Virus record (IMG/VR): IMGVR_UViG_3300030390_001258
Strand: one strand, 5' to 3'
Source: an uncultured virus (IMG/VR IMGVR_UViG_3300030390_001258)
Lineage: Duplodnaviria > Heunggongvirae > Uroviricota > Caudoviricetes
Length of the DNA: 64,000 bases
A model generated the notes under the pieces. The model worked only from the letters and a program-made list of their open reading frames with translations. It ran no database searches and had not been told where the DNA came from. The position numbers were made by a program, and so were the translations under genes. This document shows, piece after piece, positions 9,604-18,406 of the stretch (positions are counted from its first letter, which is position 1; every line of letters begins with the position of its first letter).

Positions 9604-10704
9604 CTACTTCTTTTTCTTTCTAAGCCCACCTTTTTCCTGGACTCTAATCATAGTATTTTTAGGTTTAGTATTACCATAATTTCTACCCACAGCTCTCATT
9701 CCTGCTTGAAAGCTTTTAGCCCCAAGAATATCTGTCCATTTTTCTGTAAATGTTCTATCTGCAGCTTCTTGGCTATCGTTAAAATCATATTCGTCACTAA
9801 CAAATCTTTGTGATGCTACTACATTACCTTCGTCATCATAATACTCTGGAGTTTCTATAATATTTGCACGTCCAATTGTAGTTTTTAAATTATACGCAGG
9901 ACTTGTAAGTGATTTTTTTGCAACATCAAAAAACTCAGATGTGTTTCCCATATCAGAATATCCAAACTCATCATATGCTTTCATATTTGAGTTATCTTTA
10001 TAACCTAATTGAGATTTATTTTCTTTTAAAGCTTCGTCTACTGTTTGTGTTAATTTAGCCCTTTGTCTTAAAGTTAAATTTTCTTCATCTAAATCACCAA
10101 GCATATTATACGCCCAGCTGGGAAGTACTGTACTTTTCAAGAATTCTTTAACATTAGTTGGGATTATATCCGTAGGAGATGGCATTTGCGCTCTTAACGT
10201 GTCAAAACTTTGTGTTTTATTATAAGCAGCTAAAGCAGCTTTAGTTTGAGGTCCAAAAGATCCTATCCCTTTTGTAATAGCTTTACCTTCTCCCGCTCCT
10301 AAGTCATACCCTTTTTTAATTAAAAAGTTTTGAAGCTGTTTAATGTTAGTACCTTTCTTTAGTTTTTTCTTAGGCCCTCCTTCCTCGTACTTTAAACCAC
10401 CATCTCTATATTCACCAGGTTGAATCATACTACCAGATTTAGATCCTATAGTTTGATTTAATCCTACACCAGAAGTGGAGGGTGTTACCATCTCACCTTT
10501 GTTGTCGTATATAGTTGTAGAAAAAGAAGGAGATGCTGGAGGCGCGGAAGGTGCAGGAGAAGCTACCGAAGATTGTTCAGAGGGTGCCGCTGTTTCAGGA
10601 GATTGTTCCTGAGCACTTATCTCTTGAATAGCTTCATATACAGGCTTACCTAATTCTCCCGCCATAGATTGGCGTATTAAATCTAATTTACTTGATGTAT
10701 CCAT
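9604..10704 (-). CDS. Peptidoglycan-binding-domain protein, probably virion-associated
   Basis: LKKGTNIKQLQNFLIKKGYDLG...GSFGPQTKAALAAY matches the PG_binding_1 pattern; xxGG motifs; C-terminal KGGLRKKKK. Confidence 0.65.
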   Translation of the reverse strand: MDTSSKLDLIRQSMAGELGKPVYEAIQEISAQEQSPETAAPSEQSSVASPAPSAPPASPSFSTTIYDNKGEMVTPSTSGVGLNQTIGSKSGSMIQPGEYRDGGLKYEEGGPKKKLKKGTNIKQLQNFLIKKGYDLGAGEGKAITKGIGSFGPQTKAALAAYNKTQSFDTLRAQMPSPTDIIPTNVKEFLKSTVLPSWAYNMLGDLDEENLTLRQRAKLTQTVDEALKENKSQLGYKDNSNMKAYDEFGYSDMGNTSEFFDVAKKSLTSPAYNLKTTIGRANIIETPEYYDDEGNVVASQRFVSDEYDFNDSQEAADRTFTEKWTDILGAKSFQAGMRAVGRNYGNTKPKNTMIRVQEKGGLRKKKK

Positions 10705-13004
10705 TATTCTTTCTTAGCTTCTTTTTTCTTAGCTGCTTTAAGCTTTTTATCTTCATTCTTGGAGTCTTCCGATATTTTAACTTGGTCATTACTTTCTTTT
10801 GCTTTGTTTGCTCTGTTTTTTTCAGAAGCATCCTGCTCTTTAATCCCAAGTTCTTTTTCTTTTATATCAAGATCTCTATCTTTAGCTAAAGCGTCATTTT
10901 CGTTTTTACCAGAAGTTAATCCTGCATGAATTTCTGCAACTTCAATCTGAGTGTCTCGATCTTTTTGCTTATTCATATTTTCATTCTCTAGCTTAGCTTC
11001 CTCCATTTGCATTTGCATTTGCGCCTGCTCTTGTTCTGCTTTTTGTTGCTGTTGCGCTAACTCTTCTTGCTGCGCTTCAGCTGCTTTTAGTTTAGACTTA
11101 ATTTGAGTAAAGTTCTTACTATCTAGCATCTCAAGTACAGCTGACGCTGGTAAACCATTTTGAATCATAGCTTGACTCATCTGTTTAGCTATATCTAATT
11201 TTTCTGTTTCTTCTCCAGAATCAGTTACCCATATTCCATATTCAGACTCCATGTGATTCATAGTTTCTAAATCAAGAAATTCTGTAGTGCCGTCAGGCAT
11301 AATAAAAGATGCTTTTTTACCTTTAAGCCAAGCTTCTTTAGAATAATCTAGTAACGCCTGCAAGTCTCTTTGTTCCATTCTGCTAAATTTACGGAATAGA
11401 TCTTCAGTAATATGGGAAGATTGTATAATAGCTTGCTGAGATGTTGACTTTCCTTCGTAGCTTCCTACTTGGCCTTGTCTTTGTCTATTTACCCCAGACA
11501 ACTTTTCCCAATCTTGCATTATAGTTTCTAATAAAGCTATGTATTGCTCAATAGTTTTAATAGACATATCAAGGACTGATTGATGTTGAGGAGATAATTG
11601 TACCCCTTCTTTATTGTAATCAACCCACGCAATACCAGTACCTTCAACATAATACATAAATTTATCCATGTCCCATTTTTTTGGAATCATGTTAATATCA
11701 AATTGAGCAATAATATCTTTTGAACGAGCGATAGCGAGTTCAAGTCGATATTTATATACGTTATAAGTTAATTGATAGGGTATTCCTAATTTAACTAAAG
11801 ATATGTTATCAGAATTTGTGTCTGAGTAGCGTCTACCATTAATTGGTAACTTACATATAGACGGATTATCTAATGATTGCCTTTGATTAGAAATAGGATT
11901 AATGTCTACGAATATTCTTCCGTCAATTTTAGTTCCTTTCCAGACTTCATTTACCCATAACCACTCTATCTTACCTCCTTGTTCTTTAAGTTCCACAGGC
12001 ATTCTAAAACCGTCTTCTACCTCTATCTCTTCTTCTTCTCCGGTATCGGGATCAACAAAAGTTAAAAATCCTATACGTTTTCTAGATTTCCAATACACAT
12101 TGATAACTTCAATTAGTCTATTGTTAAATTGATTAGCGTTAGGCCCAGTGGCTCCCACAGATAGCCAAGGTATATGAGAGTTACCCATACCGTGCGGCTC
12201 TTCTAAGCTAACTATCTCTTCATCTGATAAAAACTCATGGTAATGATCAATAATAGTTGATGCATGCACAAACTTACGCACTAAAGCCCAGTCCCCATCT
12301 TCTACAAACTCTAAATCTGGATCTAGATCGTAATCTACGTCTATAGGATTTAAAACGTCATAAAAAGGATCACCTGCGCGTACACCTCTGTGAGTATACA
12401 CTTCCCCAGATACTAAGTAATGAAACCAAGCTTTATCTAATTTATCTTTTACTTCTTCTCGAGCCATTATATAATTTAAGGCGTTCTGCCCCATAATAGC
12501 TCTATTGTCTACGTATGTATTGTTAAAAAGCTCTTCTATTTGCTCAGGAAGTTCTACTTCAGCTGGATCCATTCCAGTATCTATTCCAGCTTCACCGGCC
12601 TTGTTAGCAAAGTGCTGCTGAAGATTTCTATAGATAGCCTCATTCTTAGCTTCTTCTTTTCGTGTAACTGCGTTAGCATTAAGAACGCTTACACTAAAGT
12701 TTAGAGGTCTTTTAGCTTTCTCCCCTAAAAGTAAATCTATTATAGGCTTTATTATAGGGAAATTACGAAGTGTAGACGGAAAGTTTTTTCTTGTCTTACC
12801 GTAAGGCTTTAGCAATTGATTGTAATCACTTTCATCAATATACCCATTATACATGTCGTAAAATTTACGCAACTCGTCACGTCTTTTTGAAAAAGAAGAA
12901 GTATTTGCAGAAAGATTTATATATCCGTCAACACACTCTTCTCTCCACTTCTTATTTTTTTGCTTAATAGGAAGTTTTTGTCTTGGTAAATTATCGTAGC
13001 TCAT
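10704..13004 (-). CDS. Portal protein
   Basis: 766 aa following TerL; motifs LPRQKLP, NFPIIKPIIDLLLGE, WVNEVW and SGVNRQRQGQV; coiled-coil C-terminus as in crAss-like portals. Confidence 0.88.
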   Translation of the reverse strand: MSYDNLPRQKLPIKQKNKKWREECVDGYINLSANTSSFSKRRDELRKFYDMYNGYIDESDYNQLLKPYGKTRKNFPSTLRNFPIIKPIIDLLLGEKAKRPLNFSVSVLNANAVTRKEEAKNEAIYRNLQQHFANKAGEAGIDTGMDPAEVELPEQIEELFNNTYVDNRAIMGQNALNYIMAREEVKDKLDKAWFHYLVSGEVYTHRGVRAGDPFYDVLNPIDVDYDLDPDLEFVEDGDWALVRKFVHASTIIDHYHEFLSDEEIVSLEEPHGMGNSHIPWLSVGATGPNANQFNNRLIEVINVYWKSRKRIGFLTFVDPDTGEEEEIEVEDGFRMPVELKEQGGKIEWLWVNEVWKGTKIDGRIFVDINPISNQRQSLDNPSICKLPINGRRYSDTNSDNISLVKLGIPYQLTYNVYKYRLELAIARSKDIIAQFDINMIPKKWDMDKFMYYVEGTGIAWVDYNKEGVQLSPQHQSVLDMSIKTIEQYIALLETIMQDWEKLSGVNRQRQGQVGSYEGKSTSQQAIIQSSHITEDLFRKFSRMEQRDLQALLDYSKEAWLKGKKASFIMPDGTTEFLDLETMNHMESEYGIWVTDSGEETEKLDIAKQMSQAMIQNGLPASAVLEMLDSKNFTQIKSKLKAAEAQQEELAQQQQKAEQEQAQMQMQMEEAKLENENMNKQKDRDTQIEVAEIHAGLTSGKNENDALAKDRDLDIKEKELGIKEQDASEKNRANKAKESNDQVKISEDSKNEDKKLKAAKKKEAKKE

Positions 13005-13011
13005 AATCGAA

Positions 13012-13019
13012 CAAATTTA
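13012..13019 (-). promoter_or_regulatory. TAnnTTTG-type promoter box (TAAATTTG) upstream of the portal gene
   Basis: Consensus match in an AT-rich intergenic gap just before the ATG. Confidence 0.55.
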
Positions 13020-13081
13020 AGAAATTTTAAGGCGCTATTTAAAAATATATAAAATTTCTTTTTATATTTATAAATATGCCA

Positions 13082-15073
13082 TTAATGATAGTTAGAATCA
13101 AACCAAGAATCAGAAGATCTATCTTCCAATATGTCTTTAACCTCTGTGTTATAAAGCTCTCGCGTATGATACATGCCAATCATAAAAGCCATAACTCTAT
13201 CAAAGTTACCTTTATGGTTGAACTTAATTAGCTCTTGCAAAAACGCAAGATCATATATTTTATGTAAATTTAAAGTTTTTTTACCGTCTACATCTGTAGA
13301 TCTAGGAGTAATTAGCCAATCTCGAATATACAACTCTCCTTGACGTTTTCTTTGCTCAGTCATGTGCATACCATACTGACGTTTAACCGTTTTACTTCTA
13401 AGTTCTTTTTTGTCTAACATTTCAAACTCTTCTTGGAGTTTGTGCAACTTTCTGTACCTTTTAGCGTACGGTATTATCTCTCCACGATCATTTTCAAAAC
13501 CAATTTTACACCCATAGTAATCTGCAAGCATAAATAAATTTCTATTGTAGTCGTCTGTTGTATTAGGACGCCCAACATAACTAGCAACAATCATATCGTC
13601 AGGGCTAGACACATTATTAGGCCGTTTAATTACATAAGCCGCACCTAATGAAGTACTATCTGCTGACTGGTTTTGTCCATATGGATCATGGCAAATAACG
13701 TACAGATTTGCAGGAACTTGTTGCTTTTCATTCTTGTAAGGGGACTCATATATTACAACACCGCCTGTATTATCATCTTCTCGTCTATGCGGGTAGCGTG
13801 TAATTTGTTTTAAGTCTCCGTCCATTTTAAATTTTACAAATCCTTTTTTGTCGTGATATAAATTTCCTATTGTGCCTAAAGTTTGTAACCCTCTAGATTT
13901 TACATAGTTATACTGCTCTTGTAAAGTTGCTACGTCAAATAAGTTAGCTGTAACTTGTAGAGTAGCTTCTTGTGGCGCAAAAGGGTGCTCAGCAATGTAC
14001 TGATCTAAAGATTTAGCATCTGCTGCTCCTTTCTTTTTATTACGCATAGTTGTTTCGTGCTCAACTGCTTTGTCTCGCAAAGAGTTCCCATCTACATCTA
14101 TAAAACCGTCTAAGTTTTTATATATAGGTACAAAGTATCCACACTTAGTTCCCATAGACCCTTCATCCCAAATATTTTCGTAATCCATACAGTCATACGC
14201 AGCTGGGTTATAAAAAATCTCTTCCATAGCTTCAAAGTCTGCGCCTTCTGTACCGCCTGTACCAAATGCAATCATAAGCCCTAAAGTTTTAGCACCTTGA
14301 CGCATAGTAGGCATAGTTACCTCCCAAGCTTTAAGGAGGCCAGGGAAAGATCCTGCTTCTTCAAAGAATACAAGTTCTCCCGCCTTTCCCCTCACTTTAT
14401 CTGGGTTATCTTTTAAAGATACACCCATAATCTGGGACTTCATGCCCATCTCAATCTCAATACCATTAATTTTTTTCTTGTACCCAGACATCTTACTCAT
14501 TTCTCTATCTCTTAAACGAGGTTGAGCCCATGCAGTATTGTCATCGATAAACGATAAGAATTCCCACGCTTTAGATAAGAGTCCATCTCCAATAAGGTAT
14601 TCTTTTTGGCCTGCAAATACAAAGTTCTTTGAGTTCTTAACAAAGAAGTAATTTCTAGCAAGCATAGAGCCTGCTTTATACGAGTACCCTTTACGACGAG
14701 CTTTAAGTACTACCATGTGACGGTTTGTAGCTCGTGCTTTATCTATTTGCGTGAAGTAATCGTGATCTCCATCATAGAATGAAGGGAATGTTCTTTCACG
14801 TTTAGATTGAACAGAGCCATCTGGCATAACTTCGTCTACTGCTCGATCAATTGGGCAATAGTTTAAATAGAAGTAATGAAAACCTGTGATGTAAAGGGCA
14901 TCTTCGGTGCCCTCATCAGCAGTATAGCCATACAAGCACCTAGTTTTTTCAGTATCCCAGTAATCATAATACTCTCGAGTGCCTGGCAAAGCATTTGTAT
15001 AATAGGCATATGTTTCAAAGTGAACTGCCGCAGGACGGATCCGATTAATATTTTTAAACTTAGAACCTGCCAC
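13082..15073 (-). CDS. terL: Terminase large subunit
   Basis: Walker A-like LKARRKGYS, Walker B FFEEAG, GTGG coupling motif; nuclease domain CHDPY...FENDRG...GNFDRV. Confidence 0.93.
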   Translation of the reverse strand: MAGSKFKNINRIRPAAVHFETYAYYTNALPGTREYYDYWDTEKTRCLYGYTADEGTEDALYITGFHYFYLNYCPIDRAVDEVMPDGSVQSKRERTFPSFYDGDHDYFTQIDKARATNRHMVVLKARRKGYSYKAGSMLARNYFFVKNSKNFVFAGQKEYLIGDGLLSKAWEFLSFIDDNTAWAQPRLRDREMSKMSGYKKKINGIEIEMGMKSQIMGVSLKDNPDKVRGKAGELVFFEEAGSFPGLLKAWEVTMPTMRQGAKTLGLMIAFGTGGTEGADFEAMEEIFYNPAAYDCMDYENIWDEGSMGTKCGYFVPIYKNLDGFIDVDGNSLRDKAVEHETTMRNKKKGAADAKSLDQYIAEHPFAPQEATLQVTANLFDVATLQEQYNYVKSRGLQTLGTIGNLYHDKKGFVKFKMDGDLKQITRYPHRREDDNTGGVVIYESPYKNEKQQVPANLYVICHDPYGQNQSADSTSLGAAYVIKRPNNVSSPDDMIVASYVGRPNTTDDYNRNLFMLADYYGCKIGFENDRGEIIPYAKRYRKLHKLQEEFEMLDKKELRSKTVKRQYGMHMTEQRKRQGELYIRDWLITPRSTDVDGKKTLNLHKIYDLAFLQELIKFNHKGNFDRVMAFMIGMYHTRELYNTEVKDILEDRSSDSWFDSNYH

Positions 15074-15254
15074 CTACTGTACCATTTGCTTTTTTAATTA
15101 TAGTGCCAAAGCCTTCAAATTTTTCTTTTACAGATTTCATGTATTTATCGCAGCACACAGCCTCTTTACAAACTACATTCCCGTCTTTTACGACAATTGT
15201 TTGCATTGAAACATCTATTGTTTTATCGCATTCTGTACATTGATATTTAGCCAT
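15060..15254 (-). CDS. Small Zn-ribbon protein
   Basis: YQCTECD...VCCD Cys pairs, 64 aa. Confidence 0.55.
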   Translation of the reverse strand: MAKYQCTECDKTIDVSMQTIVVKDGNVVCKEAVCCDKYMKSVKEKFEGFGTIIKKANGTVGGRF

Positions 15255-15510
15255 TATATTTTTTTTTTATTTTTAGTAAAACTTGGCATTTTTCATACTC
15301 TTCTAAAGATTCAAAGTGCTCTATAACTAAATCCAATGTTTCAGGATCTGTCCCTGTTTCTTTTTCCGGATCAAATGGTAGCACGTAAGTATGCACACCT
15401 CCTATACTTAAATCTGCTACTAAAGTGTCTAGTGTTACTTTGCCTGTAATAAAATTATAAGCATTATCCATGGCTGTATTAAACTCTTCTATTTCTTCTT
15501 CTAAATTCAT
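15247..15510 (-). CDS. Hypothetical protein with a UVR-like C-terminal motif
   Basis: IEHFESLEEYEKCQVL resembles the UvrB/C helical hairpin motif; overlaps its neighbour in the operon. Confidence 0.45.
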   Translation of the reverse strand: MNLEEEIEEFNTAMDNAYNFITGKVTLDTLVADLSIGGVHTYVLPFDPEKETGTDPETLDLVIEHFESLEEYEKCQVLLKIKKKYNG

Positions 15511-15511
15511 A

Positions 15512-16033
15512 TTACATACTGTATTTATTAACTTCTACTCCACCTCTATTAGGATTATTAGTCTGCTCTTCTTTTTTAACTATCTCTTCTAACCTAGATA
15601 AACCATCAACAACTCTTCCCATTTTTTCTAAGTTTCCAATTAGATCTTTTGCAGTATAAATAGGCTTGCCTCGGTCATCTAACTCTGTCAAGTCTATTGT
15701 TCTAAAGTATTTTTCTAGTTTAGTTATAGACTCTGTTGCGGCTTTTAATAGTTTAACAGCTGACGTTTCAATTAGTTCTGCATACTTTTTGCAAGCAGCT
15801 AGCACTCTATTTGAAGGTTTCCATTTAGTGTCTTCTCCAAATATACTGTTTTTTACTTCAATTTCTCGTTGGCTCCATTCATAAACTGAAAAAGGGGATC
15901 TATGATCTACCATAAAGTATACAAAAGAAAGATCTTCTACGTTTAATTTTTGAAACTCTTTTATTTGTAACGCATATACACTAGGTGTAGCTATGTTATC
16001 TTTAATATGTATTAAATCATCTTTTAGTTTCAT
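15512..16033 (-). CDS. Conserved protein upstream of TerL, candidate terminase small subunit
   Basis: 173 aa, helical, ends NRGGVEVNKYSM; position near terL. Confidence 0.5.
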   Translation of the reverse strand: MKLKDDLIHIKDNIATPSVYALQIKEFQKLNVEDLSFVYFMVDHRSPFSVYEWSQREIEVKNSIFGEDTKWKPSNRVLAACKKYAELIETSAVKLLKAATESITKLEKYFRTIDLTELDDRGKPIYTAKDLIGNLEKMGRVVDGLSRLEEIVKKEEQTNNPNRGGVEVNKYSM

Positions 16034-16238
16034 CCTTCAATTTAGTTATGTGCTTAATTCTTTCTTTTTTAGCAGAAAATTTACCAAAGTACGGCAGCCT
16101 AGCAGTAGTAAAGTCTCCTTGCTGCATAACTTGTTTTACAAACTTAAACTGAAAGGTAACTATTTCTTCTATCTTACTAATAGGCAGATTATATTTAGTA
16201 GCTAAAGCGTAGATTAATTCTTGTTTATTTTTTATCAC
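16017..16238 (-). CDS. HU/IHF-like DNA-binding protein
   Basis: NKQELIYALA...RLPYFGKFS matches the HU/IHF pattern; crAss-like phages carry IHF homologues here. Confidence 0.75.
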   Translation of the reverse strand: MIKNKQELIYALATKYNLPISKIEEIVTFQFKFVKQVMQQGDFTTARLPYFGKFSAKKERIKHITKLKDETKR

Positions 16239-16683
16239 CTGAAGGAGGCTTAGGTAAATTAGATATATCTTGCGCTTTCCATTTATTGTCTGGGCATGTT
16301 GTAGTTTTCCACTTAGCTTTATGCTCTACTAAACAACCGCATTTTCCACAACGCATCATATTTCTTAGCAGGTGTGGGCATGCATCACAAGTTAACAACC
16401 TTTCTTTGTAATCTTTCTCTGAACAATTAGGTGCCCCTGCTTTTACGTAATTAGATAAATCTGACGTAAAAGATTTCATCATTTTAAAAATGTTAGGTGG
16501 CTTTGCTGGAGCGACTGCAGGCGCTTTACTCCCTACAACTTCTGCTTCAGGAATATCTTTATTGACTTGTTTTGCTGCTGCTGCTTTTTGTTGTTTATTT
16601 CGTATAGCATTAATTGCTGCAGTCTTTTTAGGTTTTCCAGGTTGGAATTTTTGGCCTAGTATTTCTTTTTTCTTTTTACTCAT
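16225..16683 (-). CDS. Cys-rich protein (DUF6171-like: RLxxCxxCP...CxxCGC...K...CPxxKW)
   Basis: ERLLTCDACPHL...RCGKCGCLVEHKAKWKTTTCPDNKW; likely ATG start at 16683. Confidence 0.6.
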   Translation of the reverse strand: MSKKKKEILGQKFQPGKPKKTAAINAIRNKQQKAAAAKQVNKDIPEAEVVGSKAPAVAPAKPPNIFKMMKSFTSDLSNYVKAGAPNCSEKDYKERLLTCDACPHLLRNMMRCGKCGCLVEHKAKWKTTTCPDNKWKAQDISNLPKPPSGDKK

Positions 16684-16801
16684 AATACTTTTCAATTTGT
16701 AATTCAACAACTTTTCCTACTGAGTCTTGCACTACTACAATTGTATAGTGGTATGACTCGTGTGTCGTGTAAATATAGTGATCATCGCCAATTACGTTCA
16801 T
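16676..16801 (-). CDS. Small hypothetical protein (41 aa, MNVIGDDHYIY...)
   Basis: Hand-translated ORF that fills the gap and overlaps both neighbours (ATGA-type coupling). Confidence 0.5.
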   Translation of the reverse strand: MNVIGDDHYIYTTHESYHYTIVVVQDSVGKVVELQIEKYYE

Positions 16802-17136
16802 TTAGTTATAAATATTTCTACACTTGCTGTAGTTGGGTCTAGAAGTTTATTAAACGCATAGTCTTTACCTTTCTTAATAATAACCCCTTTCTTTTTAAAT
16901 CGCTTTACGTAGTTATTTAAAGTATTGTAATCTACAATATTTAATTTATTTGCTACAAGCTTTTTAATTGCTACATGACACACATTAGACACTTCTAAAA
17001 CAGCTTCTTTATTAGCATCTATAAACTCGGCTAGAATTCGTAGCTCTTTAGGAGTTAGATTAAAAAGACCGTTCCACAATCTTACATACTTATAAGTTGT
17101 GTCTATCTTGACAGTTATTCTTTTTTTATTGCTCAT
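16798..17136 (-). CDS. Putative winged-helix DNA-binding protein
   Basis: LTPKELRILAEF...VANKLNI..NTLNNYVKRFKKKGVI is an HTH/wing pattern. Confidence 0.55.
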   Translation of the reverse strand: MSNKKRITVKIDTTYKYVRLWNGLFNLTPKELRILAEFIDANKEAVLEVSNVCHVAIKKLVANKLNIVDYNTLNNYVKRFKKKGVIIKKGKDYAFNKLLDPTTASVEIFITK

Positions 17137-17314
17137 AATCTTCGTCCATTTCTACTTCGATGCTAACTACAAAACCAGTAGGAGACATACTTAATGATGT
17201 GTCCCAACTTTTAACTAAGCCTACTGCATCAAGATCTGTTATTTTTTCTTCAAATTTAAGTACAGTGATTAACCACTCGTAAACAGTATCTACCTCTACG
17301 CTGCTGGTTATCAT
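17126..17314 (-). CDS. Hypothetical protein
   Basis: 62 aa ORF coupled to both neighbours. Confidence 0.45.
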   Translation of the reverse strand: MITSSVEVDTVYEWLITVLKFEEKITDLDAVGLVKSWDTSLSMSPTGFVVSIEVEMDEDYEQ

Positions 17315-17577
17315 TCTTTTCCTACTATTTGGTGCTCACTTATTAGCAAACAATCTTGACCATCAATAGGCATTTGGATTGCTTCGCTGCGAGGATCTAT
17401 AACTGCAGTGTCTCCTACTTTTACAAAAAAGCATTGAGGTCCTACAGCCAATACTTTAAGCACATTGCTTTTAGCACGAGATCTAATTGTAGTCTTATCT
17501 AGTATTATCCCTGACTCAGTTTCTGTTGAAGTTGGATCGGGTAGAACTACCCAATTACTGTTTGGTGTAAATTTCAT
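17311..17577 (-). CDS. groES: GroES/Cpn10-like co-chaperonin
   Basis: MKFTPNSNWVVL...TESGIIL...VLAVGP...VKVGD...LLISEHQI is the GroES signature; ATG at 17577. Confidence 0.85.
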   Translation of the reverse strand: MKFTPNSNWVVLPDPTSTETESGIILDKTTIRSRAKSNVLKVLAVGPQCFFVKVGDTAVIDPRSEAIQMPIDGQDCLLISEHQIVGKE

Positions 17578-17598
17578 CGTATATATTTTTAGTTTCCA

Positions 17599-17630
17599 CA
17601 AATATATAAAAGTTTCTGCTACAATACAAA
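17599..17630 (-). promoter_or_regulatory. Bacteroidota sigma-A promoter for the late operon (TTTG-N20-TATATTTG)
   Basis: Both the -33 TTTG and the -7 TAnnTTTG elements are present at consensus spacing. Confidence 0.75.
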
Positions 17631-17635
17631 GGTTT

Positions 17636-17910
17636 TTTAAAAAGGATCCAAAAAGACAGAGTTATCCCCCTTGGATTTTGGATTTCAAGTGTGATTTCAG
17701 CTGTTAGCAGTGCTCCCATTGGGGACCCAAGGATAATAATACTGGTGTTAATTCACCGCACTTACCTGTGTGCAATTTATCCTAACTAAAGCCTATACGT
17801 TACTCTTTCGAAGCTGTTGGAGAAAACTCTATTCCTTATTTAGGAACTACAATCCAACGTCTGACCCCTTTTTTGGCTACCCAGGGGTGATACTTATAAA
17901 GTGCTTCTGT
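17636..17910 (-). ncRNA. Candidate ~270-nt structured non-coding RNA
   Basis: TATATTTG box at 17912-17919, at least six nested stems, and a terminal hairpin followed by a U-run; no ORF >=60 aa on this strand. Confidence 0.55.
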
Positions 17911-17930
17911 GCAAATATAATCAATTAATA

Positions 17931-18080
17931 TTAACTTCCGCAGTTTTCACAATTTTCTTGATCTTCTATAGAACAAGCTGGTTGATCCTTCTCCGTTAAA
18001 TCTTTCATGTAGTCTTCGAAAGCATTATTATCTCTCTTTATACATTTACATTCTTCATTTTTTCCACACTTACATGCCAT
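17931..18080 (-). CDS. 49-aa Cys-rich, metallothionein-like peptide
   Basis: Hand translation MACKCGKNEECKCIKRDNNAFEDYMKDLTEKDQPACSIEDQENCENCGS; A-rich leader. Confidence 0.65.
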   Translation of the reverse strand: MACKCGKNEECKCIKRDNNAFEDYMKDLTEKDQPACSIEDQENCENCGS

Positions 18081-18098
18081 AATTTTTTTATTTAGGGG

Positions 18099-18218
18099 TT
18101 AAAAAAGACCCCGTTGATAGCGAGGTCTTAGTGTTTTTCCGTACCTGTTCGAATGTAGTGCAATGGTGAAACACAGTGTGAAGACACCTGCCCAGCCAAC
18201 CGTTACTATAAAACTCAT
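18099..18218 (-). CDS. Possible 39-aa single-TM peptide (or sRNA) with its own promoter and terminator
   Basis: MSFIVTVGWAGVFTLCFTIALHSNRYGKTLRPRYQRGLF; TATCTTTG box at 18244-18251; hairpin AGACCTCG/CGGGGTCT plus T-run at 18101-18128. Confidence 0.35.
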   Translation of the reverse strand: MSFIVTVGWAGVFTLCFTIALHSNRYGKTLRPRYQRGLF

Positions 18219-18406
18219 AGGATAGCGAAATTCCTTGTCCCTACAAAGATAAATATCCTGGTAAGACTAAAAAATTTTTGGGGGGGAAATTTTAAAAATT
18301 TGTTTTAGGTGTGAGTGCAACAACCAACTCAAACGACGACCCCCATTGTTCTCTGGCGATGAGGTACCCCCCTCGAGTATTAACGAAGTTAAATATTAAA
18401 TTTCCT

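Noticed and set aside
17636..17910. tmRNA or RNase P identity for the structured RNA
   Set aside because: No tRNA-like ends with T-loop/CCA and no RNase P P4 consensus visible on either strand
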